DNA of 63,848 bases, filler included, from Octopus bimaculoides (lineage: Eukaryota): NCBI RefSeq assembly GCF_001194135.2. It is 5 parts of 4 records of this genome, joined end to end, with 100 filler letters (N's around TTAATTAATTAA, not from the genome) between each part and the next. Parts side by side here need not be neighbours in the genome. Positions count along the whole stretch, not along the records: positions 1 to 14,514 come from NC_068989.1; positions 14,615 to 38,570 come from NC_069003.1; 3 more parts are not named here. One strand, 5' to 3'. A program made the translations under genes and the position numbers. The stretch's first letter is position 1. Every line of letters starts with the position of its first letter. The notes beneath the pieces were generated by a model, which was not told the origin of the DNA, did no database searches, and worked only from the letters and a program-made list of their open reading frames with translations. This document shows, piece by piece, positions 13,586 to 25,733 of the stretch.

Positions 13586-13818
13586 AAGGCGCGTGGCTAA
13601 GTGGTTACGATATTCGGCTCACGATCGTGAGGTGGTGAGTTCAATTCCCGGTGACACCTGTACCCTTGAGCAAGACACTTTATTTTACTTTACTCTAGTC
13701 CACTCAGCTAGAAAAAATGAGTACTACTTGTATTTTTCTATCACGCTGAATCCCCTCGAGAACTACGTTAAGGGTACACGTGCCTGTCTGCAGAGTGCTC
13801 AGCCACTTCCACGTTAAT
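13586..13818 (+). mobile_element. tRNA-derived SINE variant A2 (different head and body, family A tail)
   Basis: A-box TGGCTAAGTGG, B-box GAGTTCAATTCCC, cccttgagcaagacactt core, then cacgctgaat...gagaactacgttaagggtacacg tail as in 721-1064. Confidence 0.75.
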
Positions 13819-14614
13819 ATAAATTTGTAATGTTATAAAAAAATTGTCTGCTAGTCGTATAGTCACAGATTGAATCATGTTTTTAAGAGGACAGGAAATT
13901 ATGATGATCCTCTAGAGGACATTTGTCCTCAACCATCGAGATTATTGCTCTCAGTTGAGGTCTTTACATAATGCAAAATTAACGGCGAAACTTGAAAAAA
14001 CTGGCCTGCTAGTAGAGAAAACCCCCCACCTATAGTAGTTTGTCACTAAACCCTAAGAAATTTTATAACTATATCATCCATGTTTGCTGTCTATACTGTT
14101 TACCCCTTTCCCTTCCCTACAAAGAAAATGCCAGTGTCCCCTTAAGCTTTGAATAACTAGGTTTCATAAGATGATCCATAAATCAGAAATAAAAAAACAA
14201 ATGAAATCAGTGACAGTTAATAATCTGCTTAGAATTATTTACTAGCCTGCATGGTCTGGCTAAGTCAAAATGTCTTTTTGTATTCTTCTTTTCTACTTGG
14301 AGAGTTTAAATGTAGTTATAAAAATATGTCCTTCTGTTGAAATGTAATTTCAGTAAATTTCTATATCTTTGTGCAACTGAGGATTGCTCTGCATTTTACA
14401 TTTGATGTAATGTTCACATTGCTTAATTAAATGGAGTCACATGAAACGATCGTACTGCATTAACTTTGGATATCCTTGCTGCTTATTTTTACTTTAATCA
14501 CCTTATTTTGAAACNNNNNNNNNNNNNNNNNNNNNNNNNNNNNNNNNNNNNNNNNNNNTTAATTAATTAANNNNNNNNNNNNNNNNNNNNNNNNNNNNNN
14601 NNNNNNNNNNNNNN

Positions 14615-14879
14615 CCTTTATATTTCAGGCTTTACCTTAGGGACCCCCTTATAAACGCTTATGAAATTTACACATAAATATTTGCTTCAAATAACATATA
14701 TTTTTACATTTATTTATTTAACAGTATTTAACAAATAGATTTATTGTCAATTAAAAGATTTCGATTAAAAGACATATATAAAATCAAATTGCCCATAAAA
14801 AGTATTTGCTGTCCACGGACCCCCTGTCTTGTCCTTGCGGACCCCCTGTGGTCCGCGGGCCACAGTTTGGAAACCCCTG
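14615..14879. mobile_element. hAT (Charlie-like) MITE, one end hidden in a gap
   Basis: Ends gtttggaaacccCTG (TIR CAGGGGTTTCCAAAC), with GC-rich subterminal ggaccccc repeats, followed by gtccagag (close to the NTCTAGAN target). Confidence 0.65.
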
Positions 14880-15061
14880 GTCCAGAGTCTCTTGCAGACA
14901 GCATCTCTGAATTTATCTGGAGAGAATATCAACAGCTGTTGGAGGCTGAAATGTTTTCTGGCCCAAATTTAGGATTTACGGAGGGTCAAAGTTGGGAACA
15001 AAAACATGAGAGCGGAGACATCCAAGGAAACTGAACGAAGCAAATATATATATAATACATA

Positions 15062-15215
15062 CCAACTGACTTCTGTCAGTTTCTGTCTACCAAATCCTCT
15101 CAAAGAGCTTTGGTTGGCCTAAGGTTATAGTAGAAGACACTTGCTCAAGGTGACATACAGTGGGACTGTATCCAGAACCATATGGTTGGGAAGCAAACTT
15201 CTTACCACACAGCCA
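15062..15215 (-). mobile_element. SINE family B head
   Basis: ctgacttctgtcagtttctgtctaccaaatcc...gacacttgctcaagg...cttaccacacagcc. Confidence 0.75.
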
Positions 15216-15227
15216 TGTCTGCACCTA

Positions 15228-15302
<75 letters not shown>

Positions 15303-15829
15303 NNNNNNNNNNTTATTTATTTATTTTTTGTATTCAGTCTCTTCACATCTATCTATCTATCTGCTCCCCTTCTCTCCTCTTCCTCTCTCTCTCTCTCTCT
15401 CTTCTCTCCCTCCCCCTCTCTATCTATTCACATCAATCTATTTATCTATATCTCTAAATCTATCATTATATCTTATTCCCACCTTCTCTATATTTCTTAC
15501 TCTCCCCACTTTCGTCCTTACCAGTTCTCTCTGTATCGTCTGCTTTTCTATCTCACCTCTATCTATCTTTCTCCTCCCCCTCTTATCTCTGTATTTGTCT
15601 CATTCACTCCACCTATAACCCTTCCCCTACTACATCTTCTACCCTTTCTCTCTCCCCCCTCTCTCTCACTTTCTCTATCCATCGCTCTATCTGCTACAAA
15701 AGAAACTCCATCAGTCTGTACCTTCTCCGTGTTCTTGTGTGTGTTTGCGTGCATGTGTGTGTGAGTATACACTGTATGCCTATGTGTATGTGTATTGCGT
15801 GTATGTGTACTGTTCAATAAAAACCGTCC

Positions 15830-16010
15830 AACAAAGCACCATCATCCTGCCCTACATTTCCATCAATGGCAGTTGCTGCTTCTTTCAAGTCAATATCGAT
15901 GCCAACAACACAATAACGACGATGACGACGGCGACATGAATAAACGGCTGCTGCTGTTGCTGTGGCCGCCATAATGGCGTCACTGACAACAGAGGAAAGG
16001 AGAAACACAG
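15830..16010. promoter_or_regulatory. CpG-containing non-repeat island with back-to-back YY1-like motifs
   Basis: GCCGCCATAATGGCG at 15965-15979 carries YY1-like cores on both strands, each overlapping an ATGGCG. Confidence 0.2.
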
Positions 16011-16744
16011 TTACCTCCCTTCTGCTAGATTTATCTTTATTTTTGAGTGGCTTCTTAACTTCCCAACCCGTCGTTTGATAAACTAATTAGCTTAATGGCA
16101 AACCATATATGTGGGTGTACCACCTTTATAATATGTGCACGTATATATGTAAATACATATGTGTATAGGCATATATATATATATATATCATACACATACA
16201 TACATACATATATATATATATTTATATTTATATACATACATATATATATATATANNNNNNNNNNNNNNNNNNNNNNNNNNNNNNNNNNNNNNNNNNNNNN
16301 NNNNNNNNNNNNNNNNNNNNNNNNNNNNNNNNNNNNNNNNNNNNNNNNNNNNNNNNNNNNNNNNNNNNNNNNNNNNNNNNNNNNNNNNNNNNNNNNNNNN
16401 NNNNNNNNNNNNNNNNNNNNNNNNNNNNNNNNNNNNNNNNNNNNNNNNNNNNNNNNNNNNNNNNNNNNNNNNNNNNNNNNNNNNNNNNNNNNNNNNNNNN
16501 NNNNNNNNNNNNNNNNNNNNNNNNNNNNNNNNNNNNNNNNNNNNNNNNNNNNNNNNNNNNNNNNNNNNNNNNNNNNNNNNNNNNNNNNNNNNNNNNNNNN
16601 NNNNNNNNNNNNNNNNNNNNNNNNNNNNNNNNNNNNNNNNNNNNNNNNNNNNNNNNNNNNNNNNNNNNNNNNNNNNNNNNNNNNNNNNNNNNNNNNNNNN
16701 NNNNNNNNNNNNNNNNNNNNNNNNNNNNNNNNNNTATATATATA

Positions 16745-18200
16745 TCATCATCATCATCATCGTTTAATGTCCGCCTTCCATGCTGGGATATATATATATA
16801 TATAACATCATCATCATTCAATGTCCTTTTTTAATGCTGGCATGGGTTTTACAGTTTGATAAGAACAGAGAAGCCAGAGGGTTCTGCCAGGTTGTATGTC
16901 TGGTTTGGCCTTGTTTCTACAGCTGGATGCCATTCCTAAACACCAACCACTTAACAGGGTGTACGGGGTGCTGTCTATGTAGCACCAACACCAGTGGGAT
17001 CACCAGGTACCCATAAAATAAGACCCCTCAACTGAGTGGGGTATAAACTGGAGAAAGAAACTATGATTGAGTGAGAGGAGTGGGTGTCTTGCTTAAGATG
17101 TGAATACGTGGCTTGTCCACCTGGAAAGTAAGGGAAAGAAAGAAAGAGAGAGAGAGAGGGAGATGTGAGGTCCAAGTACAACATGAGTATGAGAGAGAGT
17201 GAAAAGTGCACTTTGTTGAAATAGTGTGACAAATGATTAAAGATAGAGAATAAGTTGGATGCAGAGAGATATCAGTTCAGTATTGTTGGAAGTGCAGAGA
17301 ATAGAAGATAAATTGTGGGGGAAGGCTTGAAAAAGCCTCAATTCTGCTGAAATGGATGGGTCTTCTCAAGCACAGTGTAACACCATTGACCTTGATCCTT
17401 CATCATCTCCTCAAACAGGTTCAACATCTTGAGGTCAGTCTTCACCACTTCATCTCATATCTTCCTAGGTCTACCTCTTCTATATACTCCATCTGTATTT
17501 AGTAACTGACACTTATTTATAGAGTTGTCTTCATCCATTTGCATCACATGACCATACCAGTGCAATCTTCTCTCTTGTACACCACATCTGATGCCCCTTA
17601 TGCCCAATTTTTCTATATATATATACTTTGTTGTGCATGCACACTAACATTGCACATCCATCACAACATAGTTGTTTAATTTCTTTCAAGTTTTCACTTG
17701 TCCTTTGCATTTACAGCCCAAGTTTCACAGCCATGTAGCATTGCTGTTCACACAGCAGCATCATACGATCTGCCTTTCATTCTGAGAGAGAGGACTTTTG
17801 TTACCAACAGAGTTAAAAGTTCTCTGAATTTTCTTCAGCCAATTTGTATTCTGGCAACTTTCAGAGCAACCTCTTTCACTGTTAATTAAGCTACTTGGAT
17901 AACAAAAACTATCGACTACTTCTAGGGATCCTCCTGAGCATTTCAGAATGTCCTCTTATCATTTATTACTCCTGCACATCTGTTACAAACAAATTCTTTC
18001 TATATTAGTTTTCTTTTGATTCCACTGCACCTTTTATGTGTCCATAATTTGCACCGAGCACACTGTATGGAATTTCTACCAGCACCTTGTCTACATATGG
18101 AACAGGGCCATTTACCTAAAGGGATTAGTGTTTTGTCTGTCCTCCTGCTAATTAGAGCTTTATACTGTTCCTTGCTGTGGTCTTCATCTGTTAATCATAA
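16745..18200 (-). mobile_element. RTE-clade LINE 3' remnant with Cys-rich insertion and (GAT)n tail
   Basis: Minus-strand translation gives GKWPCSICRQG.GRNSIQC..CKLWTHKRCSGI, then RIQIG.RKFRELL, AMLHGCETWAV, WYGHVM, RGRPRK with stops; tail catcatcatcgtttaatgtccg on +. Confidence 0.8.
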
Positions 18201-18214
18201 TATTAAGAAAGGAG

Positions 18215-19995
18215 GCCCTTCCTAATACCAACCCCTTTGCAAAGTGTACTGGGTGCTTTTTTTTATTATGGTTCTGGCTAAAGCGAAGCTACCAAGTTAA
18301 CTTGCAAGGCAAGGGAAGAAAGGAACAGGAAAAGAAAAAGAAAAGACAGGTAAAAGGAAAAGAAGGGAAAGCCTCCTTGACTATACGGTGGTAGTGGTGG
18401 TGGGGGAGTGATGGTTCTATGCCAGGGGTTGAGAGGTGAGAGTGTGATGGAAGAACAAGCCTAGATGGCTTGTAATAAAGATACAAGATTGAGTAGTTGG
18501 AAAGCAGGAAAGAAGAGGGAAGTGATGCTGGGATGCTGGAGCATCTCAAGATACAGTGGAACATCAGGTGGGGGAAGGATAAAGGAAGGGAAAGATGTGA
18601 GGTAGAAATGCATGATGGGAGATAAAGGAGTAGCTTGGTGGTGGGGGCCTATGGTCTCAGTGGAGTGAGAGGGCAACGATAGTGGCTGCATGTAAGAGAG
18701 GTGATAAGAATGGAGTGTAACAGAGGAGAGCAATAACTGGAGGTACAAAAATGAAGTGACTGGTGTGATTGGTAGAATTAGTGTGGACAGAGAGGATAAT
18801 GAGAAATAGATGTGATTCTGGGGAGAGGAGGATGTAATGTACTTATTCTGTTCTCAAGTGATTGCAGTAGCCAAGTAATAACATAGATAGAGAAGTGATG
18901 GGTGTTAGGGCATGTGATGTGAGAGAAATGCTTGATGGGGCAAAGGGACAGAGCCCTACATATACAAGCATAACCAAGATGGTTTTAGGAACTCATCTAT
19001 GTTGTGATGGATGTGTCTTCTTGAGCAGAGCAAATTATCAGTCATCTCAGTCCTTTGTCATCTCTTTCATAAGGTTCAGCATTTTGAGATCGGCCTTCGT
19101 TACTTCATCCCATATCTTCCTGGGTCTCTCTCTTCCACAAGTTTAATCCACTTTAAGTGATCAGTGCTTCTTTATACAGCTGTCTTCATTCCCCATCCAT
19201 GTTGTTGTTGGCACTCCGTCGCTTACGACGTCGAGGATTCCAGTTGATCTGATCAACGGAACAGCCTGCTCGTGAAATTAACGTGCAAGTGGCTGAGCAC
19301 TCCACAGATACGTGTACCCTTAACATAGTTCTCGGGGATATTCAGCGTGACACTGTGAAAAGGCTGGCCCTTTGAATTACAGGCACAACAGAAACAGGAA
19401 GTAAGAGTGAGAGAAAGTTGTGGTGGAAGAGTACAGCAGGGTTCGCCACCCTCCTCTGCCGGAGCCTCGTGGAGGTTTAGGTGTTTTCGCTCAATNNNNN
19501 NNNNNATCTGATCAACGGAACAGCCTGCTCGTGAAATTAACGTGCAAGTGGCTGAGCACTCCACAGATACGTGTACCCTTAACATAGTTCTCGGGGATAT
19601 TCAGCGTGACACTGTGAAAAGGCTGGCCCTTTGAATTACAGGCACAACAGAAACAGGAAGTAAGAGTGAGAGAAAGTTGTGGTGGAAGAGTACAGCAGGG
19701 TTCGCCACCCTCCTCTGCCGGAGCCTCGTGGAGGTTTAGGTGTTTTCGCTCAATAAACACTCACAACGCCCGGTCTGGGAATCGAAACCACGATCTTATG
19801 ACCTCGAGTTCGCTGCCCTAACCACTGGGCCATTGTGCCTCCACTCCCCATCCATACGCATCCCATGATGAAACCAGTGCAGTCTTCTCGTTTGCACACT
19901 ACATCTATTTCCTCTAATGTCTAACTTTTCTCTCATTACATTTGCATGTTATACATGCACATTGACGCTGCACATCCAATGAAGCATACCATCTT
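18215..19995 (-). mobile_element. Second RTE-clade LINE 3' remnant, interrupted by a SINE
   Basis: 19020-19200 and 19856-19990 align with 17350-17700 (aaccagtgcagtcttctc, cccatatcttcctgggtct); purine-rich 3' UTR. Confidence 0.7.
19201..19844 (-). mobile_element. SINE family A, full length with 11-bp TSD
   Basis: TSD tccccatccat at 19190-19200 and 19845-19855; the internal 250-bp duplication across an 11-N gap is probably an assembly overlap. Confidence 0.9.
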
Positions 19996-20288
19996 GAAAT
20001 CGTAGTTGTGGCCAGTGCTGGTGTCATGTAACTGGCACCCGTGCCAGTGGTACGTATAAGCACCCATGCTGGTGGCACATAGAAGCACCTGTACCAGTGG
20101 CACATAAAAAACACCCATTGGCATTAGGTGAGGCATCCAGCTGTGGAAACCAAGCCAAATCAGACTGGAACCTGGTGCAGCTCTCTGGTTTACCAGTTCC
20201 AGTTCCAGTCAAACTGTCTAACCCATGCCAGCATGGAAAGCATACGTTAAATGATGATGGTGATGATAATGATGATGATGATGATGAT
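19996..20288 (+). mobile_element. RTE-tail repeat (SINE or 5'-truncated RTE) ending in (GAT)n
   Basis: Reverse complement of the 16745-17020 tail (gcatccagctgt...aacccatgccagcatggaaag...ttaaatgatgat). Confidence 0.75.
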
Positions 20289-20367
20289 GTAAAATATAAA
20301 ATAAAAAAATACAAATTTGTTGTTGCCTCAAAGTCAGACATTTGTTGGAAATAGCTGTTGTTGAAAC

Positions 20368-20409
<42 letters not shown>

Positions 20410-20969
20410 TGGTATGCGTAGATGAAACTTGTATTCTCTGTCAAGGTCAACTTTACCTTATCTGTTGTCTTCTGCAGGCTCTTTTGCCACCACCCTCATC
20501 ATTACCCCCTCCCCACCACCACCACCACCACCACCATTTTCATTGTTTTCTTTCTCCTCCTCTTCAATCTATTTAGTCTCTGCCGATCAGCTGAGTTTAC
20601 TTACCTTCATCATCATCAGAGTCCCCACCGTCCCTCCACCAGGTAACTCCCTTCCCTCCATCTACCCCACCTCCACATATAGGAAAATGATTGTGTGTGT
20701 GCCTATGCGTGTGTTGAAACCTGGTGGGGGGTTGGTGATGACACTAATAAAACAACGGAACCCCTCAACCTTGTAGGAAAGGGATTATTTTTCTGTGGCA
20801 CATTATGAAGGGATTATAGAAACTAGTTACTAAAATTGGACATTTGTTGTTAATCCAACATCAATGGATGAAGTTAGTCCACACATAATCCTGGTCAAGT
20901 CTGGTCTTGCACTAATATTTCTGCGCCAATGTTGTTAACCTTAATTCACTCCAATATTCACACATCTTT

Positions 20970-21179
20970 TATGTTTTACTTGTTTCAGTCATTGGACTAT
21001 GACCATGCCGGAGCACTGTATTCAAAAAGTTTTAGCTGAATGAATCAACACTTAAAAAAATTTTTTTTAAGCCTAGCACTTATTTTATTGGTCGCTTCTG
21101 CTAAACCACTGAGTTACAGGGATGTAAACACACCAACACCTGTTGTCAAGGGGTAGTGGGGGACAAATACAGATGCAAA

Positions 21180-21220
<41 letters not shown>

Positions 21221-21368
21221 GACAGGCTTCTTTCAGTTTCCATGTACTGAATCCACTCACAAGGCTTTGGTTGGACCAAGGGTACAGTAGAAGTCACTTG
21301 CCCAAGGTACCATGGAGTGGGACTGAACCTGGAACTATGTGATCAGGAAGCAAGCTTCTTATCGCAGT
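20970..21368 (-). mobile_element. SINE family B, full length with internal (CA)n
   Basis: cttgtttcagtcatt tail, ggacaaa-(CA)n, gacaggcttctttcagtttcc head block. Confidence 0.8.
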
Positions 21369-21698
21369 GAATTACAGGATTTGTAAATAAATTGTTTAAT
21401 TTAATCTTTTGAAATAATTTAAGAGTCTTTGAGATAAGATTTCTCAGAATATTTTCAACCATCTTCTGTGGAGAATTACTTTTATTGTCTCATTTCACAG
21501 CATCATTGGCAGTATGGGAAGCATTGATGTTTAGACAGGGAGGCTAACGTCCTTTGTCCACACAGCCAGCAGTAAACTCTCTGACATGGATCAAATAAAA
21601 TGCACACACACACACACGCACGCACACACACACACACACAGACATACAGAGAGACACACATACACACTGGATGCACACATGCATGCACACACTACATT

Positions 21699-21771
<73 letters not shown>

Positions 21772-21919
21772 ATGCTTGTGCATTTTGTACAAAAATGTCT
21801 AAATCTTCAATGCACTCTGTATACCCATATACAAGATGATACATATTAATCTTCTTGTGTATGTATTCATGTGTATATATGTGTATTCAAAGGTGTATAT
21901 GTGTACATGCAAGGCTGGA

Positions 21920-21967
<48 letters not shown>

Positions 21968-22252
21968 CTGTCATAATAGTAAAGGATAAAACCATTAAAG
22001 ATTTTATCAGTGGCTGGCATATAATATAGACCTATTAAGGTGAATCCATATATAGAGATTTATGATAGTATAAAATACTATAAAGTATGATTTGACATCT
22101 ATTTTCAGCATAAGCATAGCCTCTTCTATGCCCTTAATTATAATTGTATTTTATACTATTATAAATCTATCTATCTGTCTATCTATCTATCTATCTATCT
22201 ATCTATATGTGTATATACATATATATATATACGTATATATATATATATATAT

Positions 22253-22314
<62 letters not shown>

Positions 22315-22644
22315 CTTCTATCTTTTCTCTTTTCAAAGAAAATATTTCTTCCAGCATTCACTATTTTCCCCCTCGTCTGGCTTAATGACCCTCCATGTTT
22401 GTTTTCGTTAGGTTTCCTTATATGTCTCCACTGTCCTGTTTTTGTTCCCGACTTTGACCCTCCATAAAATCCAAAATTTATTTTGGAAGTTATGGGAGCA
22501 ACTGTCTTTGAAGAATCATATTGTCATTGAATGCTCAAAATGAGGAGCTGATAGACAGCCGACAACTGATGAGGGGTCTCTCCTTGTGTTACTTGTCCCA
22601 TTTTCAATTTTTTGCCTCTTGTTTGCGTACTTTATGTTGTTTAC

Positions 22645-22900
22645 AGTTGGTGACGTCCTGTACCCATATATGCCAAAAGGTTTGCAAATCCAACGGGGGC
22701 CTCAAAAGGCATTCTAAGATCCACAAAGAGCAGAACTTATCTGCAGCTCTTGGTGGTCCAAATCGGAGGTGCAATCTATGTGGGTGTCTTTTCAAAACAT
22801 TGTCTGGTTTAAAAAGCCACATCAGATGCCATGATGGTGCTAAGGTGTAGGTACAGGAGGTGGTCAAACTCTGCGTAAGGAGTAGACAACCACCATATAT
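22645..22900 (+). mobile_element. LINE (RTE-like) 3' end encoding two C2H2 zinc fingers
   Basis: CTHICQKVCKSNGGLKRHSKIH and CNLCGCLFKTLSGLKSHIRCH, stop at 22848-22850, short tail ggagtagacaaccaccat-(AT)n. LINE assignment is from recalled RTE architecture; a host ZNF exon is not excluded. Confidence 0.5.
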
Positions 22901-23524
22901 ACATATANNNNNNNNNNNNNNNNNNNNNNNNNNNNNNNNNNNNNNNNNNNNNNNNNNNNNNNNNNNNNNNNNNNNNNNNNNNNNNNNNNNNNNNNNNNNN
23001 NNNNNNNNNNNNNNNNNNNNNNNNNNNNNNNNNNNNNNNNNNNNNNNNNNNNNNNNNNNNNNNNNNNNNNNNNNNNNNNNNNNNNNNNNNNNNNNNNNNN
23101 NNNNNNNNNNNNNNNNNNNNNNNNNNNNNNNNNNNNNNNNNNNNNNNNNNNNNNNNNNNNNNNNNNNNNNNNNNNNNNNNNNNNNNNNNNNNNNNNNNNN
23201 NNNNNNNNNNNNNNNNNNNNNNNNNNNNNNNNNNNNNNNNNNNNNNNNNNNNNNNNNNNNNNNNNNNNNNNNNNNNNNNNNNNNNNNNNNNNNNNNNNNN
23301 NNNNNNNNNNNNNNNNNNNNNNNNNNNNNNNNNNNNNNNNNNNNNNNNNNNNNNNNNNNNNNNNNNNNNNNNNNNNNNNNNNNNNNNNNNNNNNNNNNNN
23401 NNNNNNNNNNNNNNNNNNNNNNNNNNNNNNNNNNNNNNNNNNNNNNNNNNNNNNNNNNNNNNNNNNNNNNNNNNNNNNNNNNNNNNNNNNNNNNNNNNNN
23501 NNNNNNNNNNNNNNNNNNNNNNNA

Positions 23525-23739
23525 TTCCCTCACTCTTACTTCCTGTTTCTGTTGTGCCTGTAATTCAAAGGGTCAGCCTTGTCACACTGTGTCACGCTGA
23601 ATATCTCCGAGAACTACGTTAAGGGTACACATGTCTGTGGAGTGCTCAGCCACTTTCACGTTAATTTCACGAGCAGGCTGTTCCATCGATTGGATCAACT
23701 GGAACCCTCGACGTCATAAGCGATGGAGTGCCAACAACA
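23525..23739 (+). mobile_element. SINE family A, 3' half
   Basis: Near-identical to the body and tail of 721-1064; ends gtgccaacaac. Confidence 0.85.
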
Positions 23740-23939
23740 TATATATATATATATTGGGTTGCCTATGTTTAGCCCACTGAAGGACGAAGGCCTCAGCATG
23801 TTCTCTCCATCAACCTCAGTCTGATGTGGAGGCTGTGAATTTGAGTTTGAGATCATACTGGTTTGATGAGCCTACTCTTCCACACTGGCTCGACATGTTT
23901 TGGCAGAGGGATGGCAGTTCTTATACTCTTTCTCAGGAG

Positions 23940-24083
23940 TAGTTAAATTGATTACATTGACCCCAGCGCTCAACTGGTACTTACTTTATTGACCCTCGAA
24001 AGAATGAAAGGCAGAGTTGGTCTCGGCAGAATTTGAACTCAGAATATAAGAGCCTGGCATGCTAATGATTCTGCCAGCTCACC
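23940..24083 (-). mobile_element. SINE family C
   Basis: attacattgaccccag...gaatttgaactcagaa...ctgccagctcacc. Confidence 0.75.
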
Positions 24084-24096
24084 ACTTGTATATATA

Positions 24097-24127
<31 letters not shown>

Positions 24128-25733
24128 NNNNNNNNNNNNNNNNNNNNNNNNNNNNNNNNNNNNNNNNNNNNNNNNNNNNNNNNNNNNNNNNNNNNNNNNN
24201 NNNNNNNNNNNNNNNNNNNNNNNNNNNNNNNNNNNNNNNNNNNNNNNNNNNNNNNNNNNNNNNNNNNNNNNNNNNNNNNNNNNNNNNNNNNNNNNNNNNN
24301 NNNNNNNNNNNNNNNNNNNNNNNNNNNNNNNNNNNNNNNNNNNNNNNNNNNNNNNNNNNNNNNNNNNNNNNNNNNNNNNNNNNNNNNNNNNNNNNNNNNN
24401 NNNNNNNNNNNNNNNNNNNNNNNNNNNNNNNNNNNNNNNNNNNNNNNNNNNNNNNNNNNNNNNNTATATACATACATGCTAATACATGACCTACATTGGA
24501 CTCCTCATTCATATCATTATTGAACCTGGAGCTTAACTATGGTCTGTCCATAGCACTTACTCAGCATTACCTGACACCTTTGGGTCTTTTTGACACCCCA
24601 ATACCTCTCATACCCTTGATTTCTCACTATGTATTTATTTATTTATTTATGTATGTATGTAATTGGAACTTAACTGAGAGCTAATACGATATCTGACGGG
24701 ATAATATATCCCTCCAAACTCACTTTTATGTTTACACACTCACACACACACACACAAGTATACATATAGTTGTATAGTGTATGTGTATAAGAATAATGCT
24801 TCTATAAATTGTGTGTGTGAGTGTACATGGCACACTGCTTGTACAAATGTTGTGTGCCGTTCAGACAGTAAGTGAGAGACATTACGTGAAAAGAGAGAAG
24901 TGTTGAGATTTTGATAAGAGAATCATTGGATGTTGAAAATGAGATGAAAAAGCTGCATTAGTTTAATTTATGGAGTGAAATGGTTGAAGTCGTGTCACGG
25001 TTCGGTGATTTCAGGCTGAGAGGGAGAGAGAGACGCATCATTGCATCTTCAACTGATGTTTGAAAGACAAACAAAAACAAAAAAAAAAAGAGAGAGAGAA
25101 AGAACAAGATTTTCAATTCATTTTGAAATGATGAAAGAATCAACCGCTTGTGCATCAGTTGCTGTTATGGTATTGGTGCTCATTAAAATGCACATTAAAT
25201 GCACTTTTATCATTCTGATGCAAATCTTTTGACATGTGATAGGGTCTTAAGAGTTATGATTATGAATATAATTAGATTTTTCATTAAATACAATTACACT
25301 AATTAAATCAACTATTTCTCTTTTTTACTGGTTTAAATTGATTTTCTTCATCACTATGTTGTTGCTGTTGTCATCATTGTCATTGTTGTTGTAGCAATAG
25401 GTTTTTACAACTTATTATGACATAATTGCATCTGACTACTCAACCATTACACAGGAGTGGAGACCCTGTATTCCTGCTTCACTCAGTCAAAGTGCTCAGT
25501 TATGTACCTTGGTCACTGTCTAGCTACAATGAAGTTTGAACTCACAAACATTTGGTCAATAATCTTTTGTATGAACCCCACTGTTTCTAGCCTTTCCCAT
25601 AATCTCATAGCAAGTTGTAAAATATTTATTAAAAGATAATTGCCTGAAAAAATGGTGTGTGTGTGTGTGGGTGGGTGGGGGGAATGTATGTATGTGTGTG
25701 TGTGTGTGTGTGTATTTATATATATATGTTGTT

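Noticed and set aside
14559-14570. TTAATTAATTAA flanked by Ns, recurring at 38615-38626, 59178-59189 and 62745-62756
   Set aside because: Identical 12-mer always isolated inside N runs, with stops in all six frames; a scaffolding linker, not biology.
14744-15034. 96-aa ORF with protein-like tail (DSISEFIWREYQQLL)
   Set aside because: Crosses a MITE end and a dispersed repeat also present at 22410; chance frame.
19247-19755. 250-bp exact direct repeat within a SINE
   Set aside because: Straddles an 11-N gap; unmerged contig overlap.
20600-20700. Minus-strand AG|GTAAGT donor overlapping the + strand candidate exon
   Set aside because: No convincing acceptor or recognisable peptide; it also lowers confidence in the + strand candidate 20478-20642, so neither is listed as a feature.
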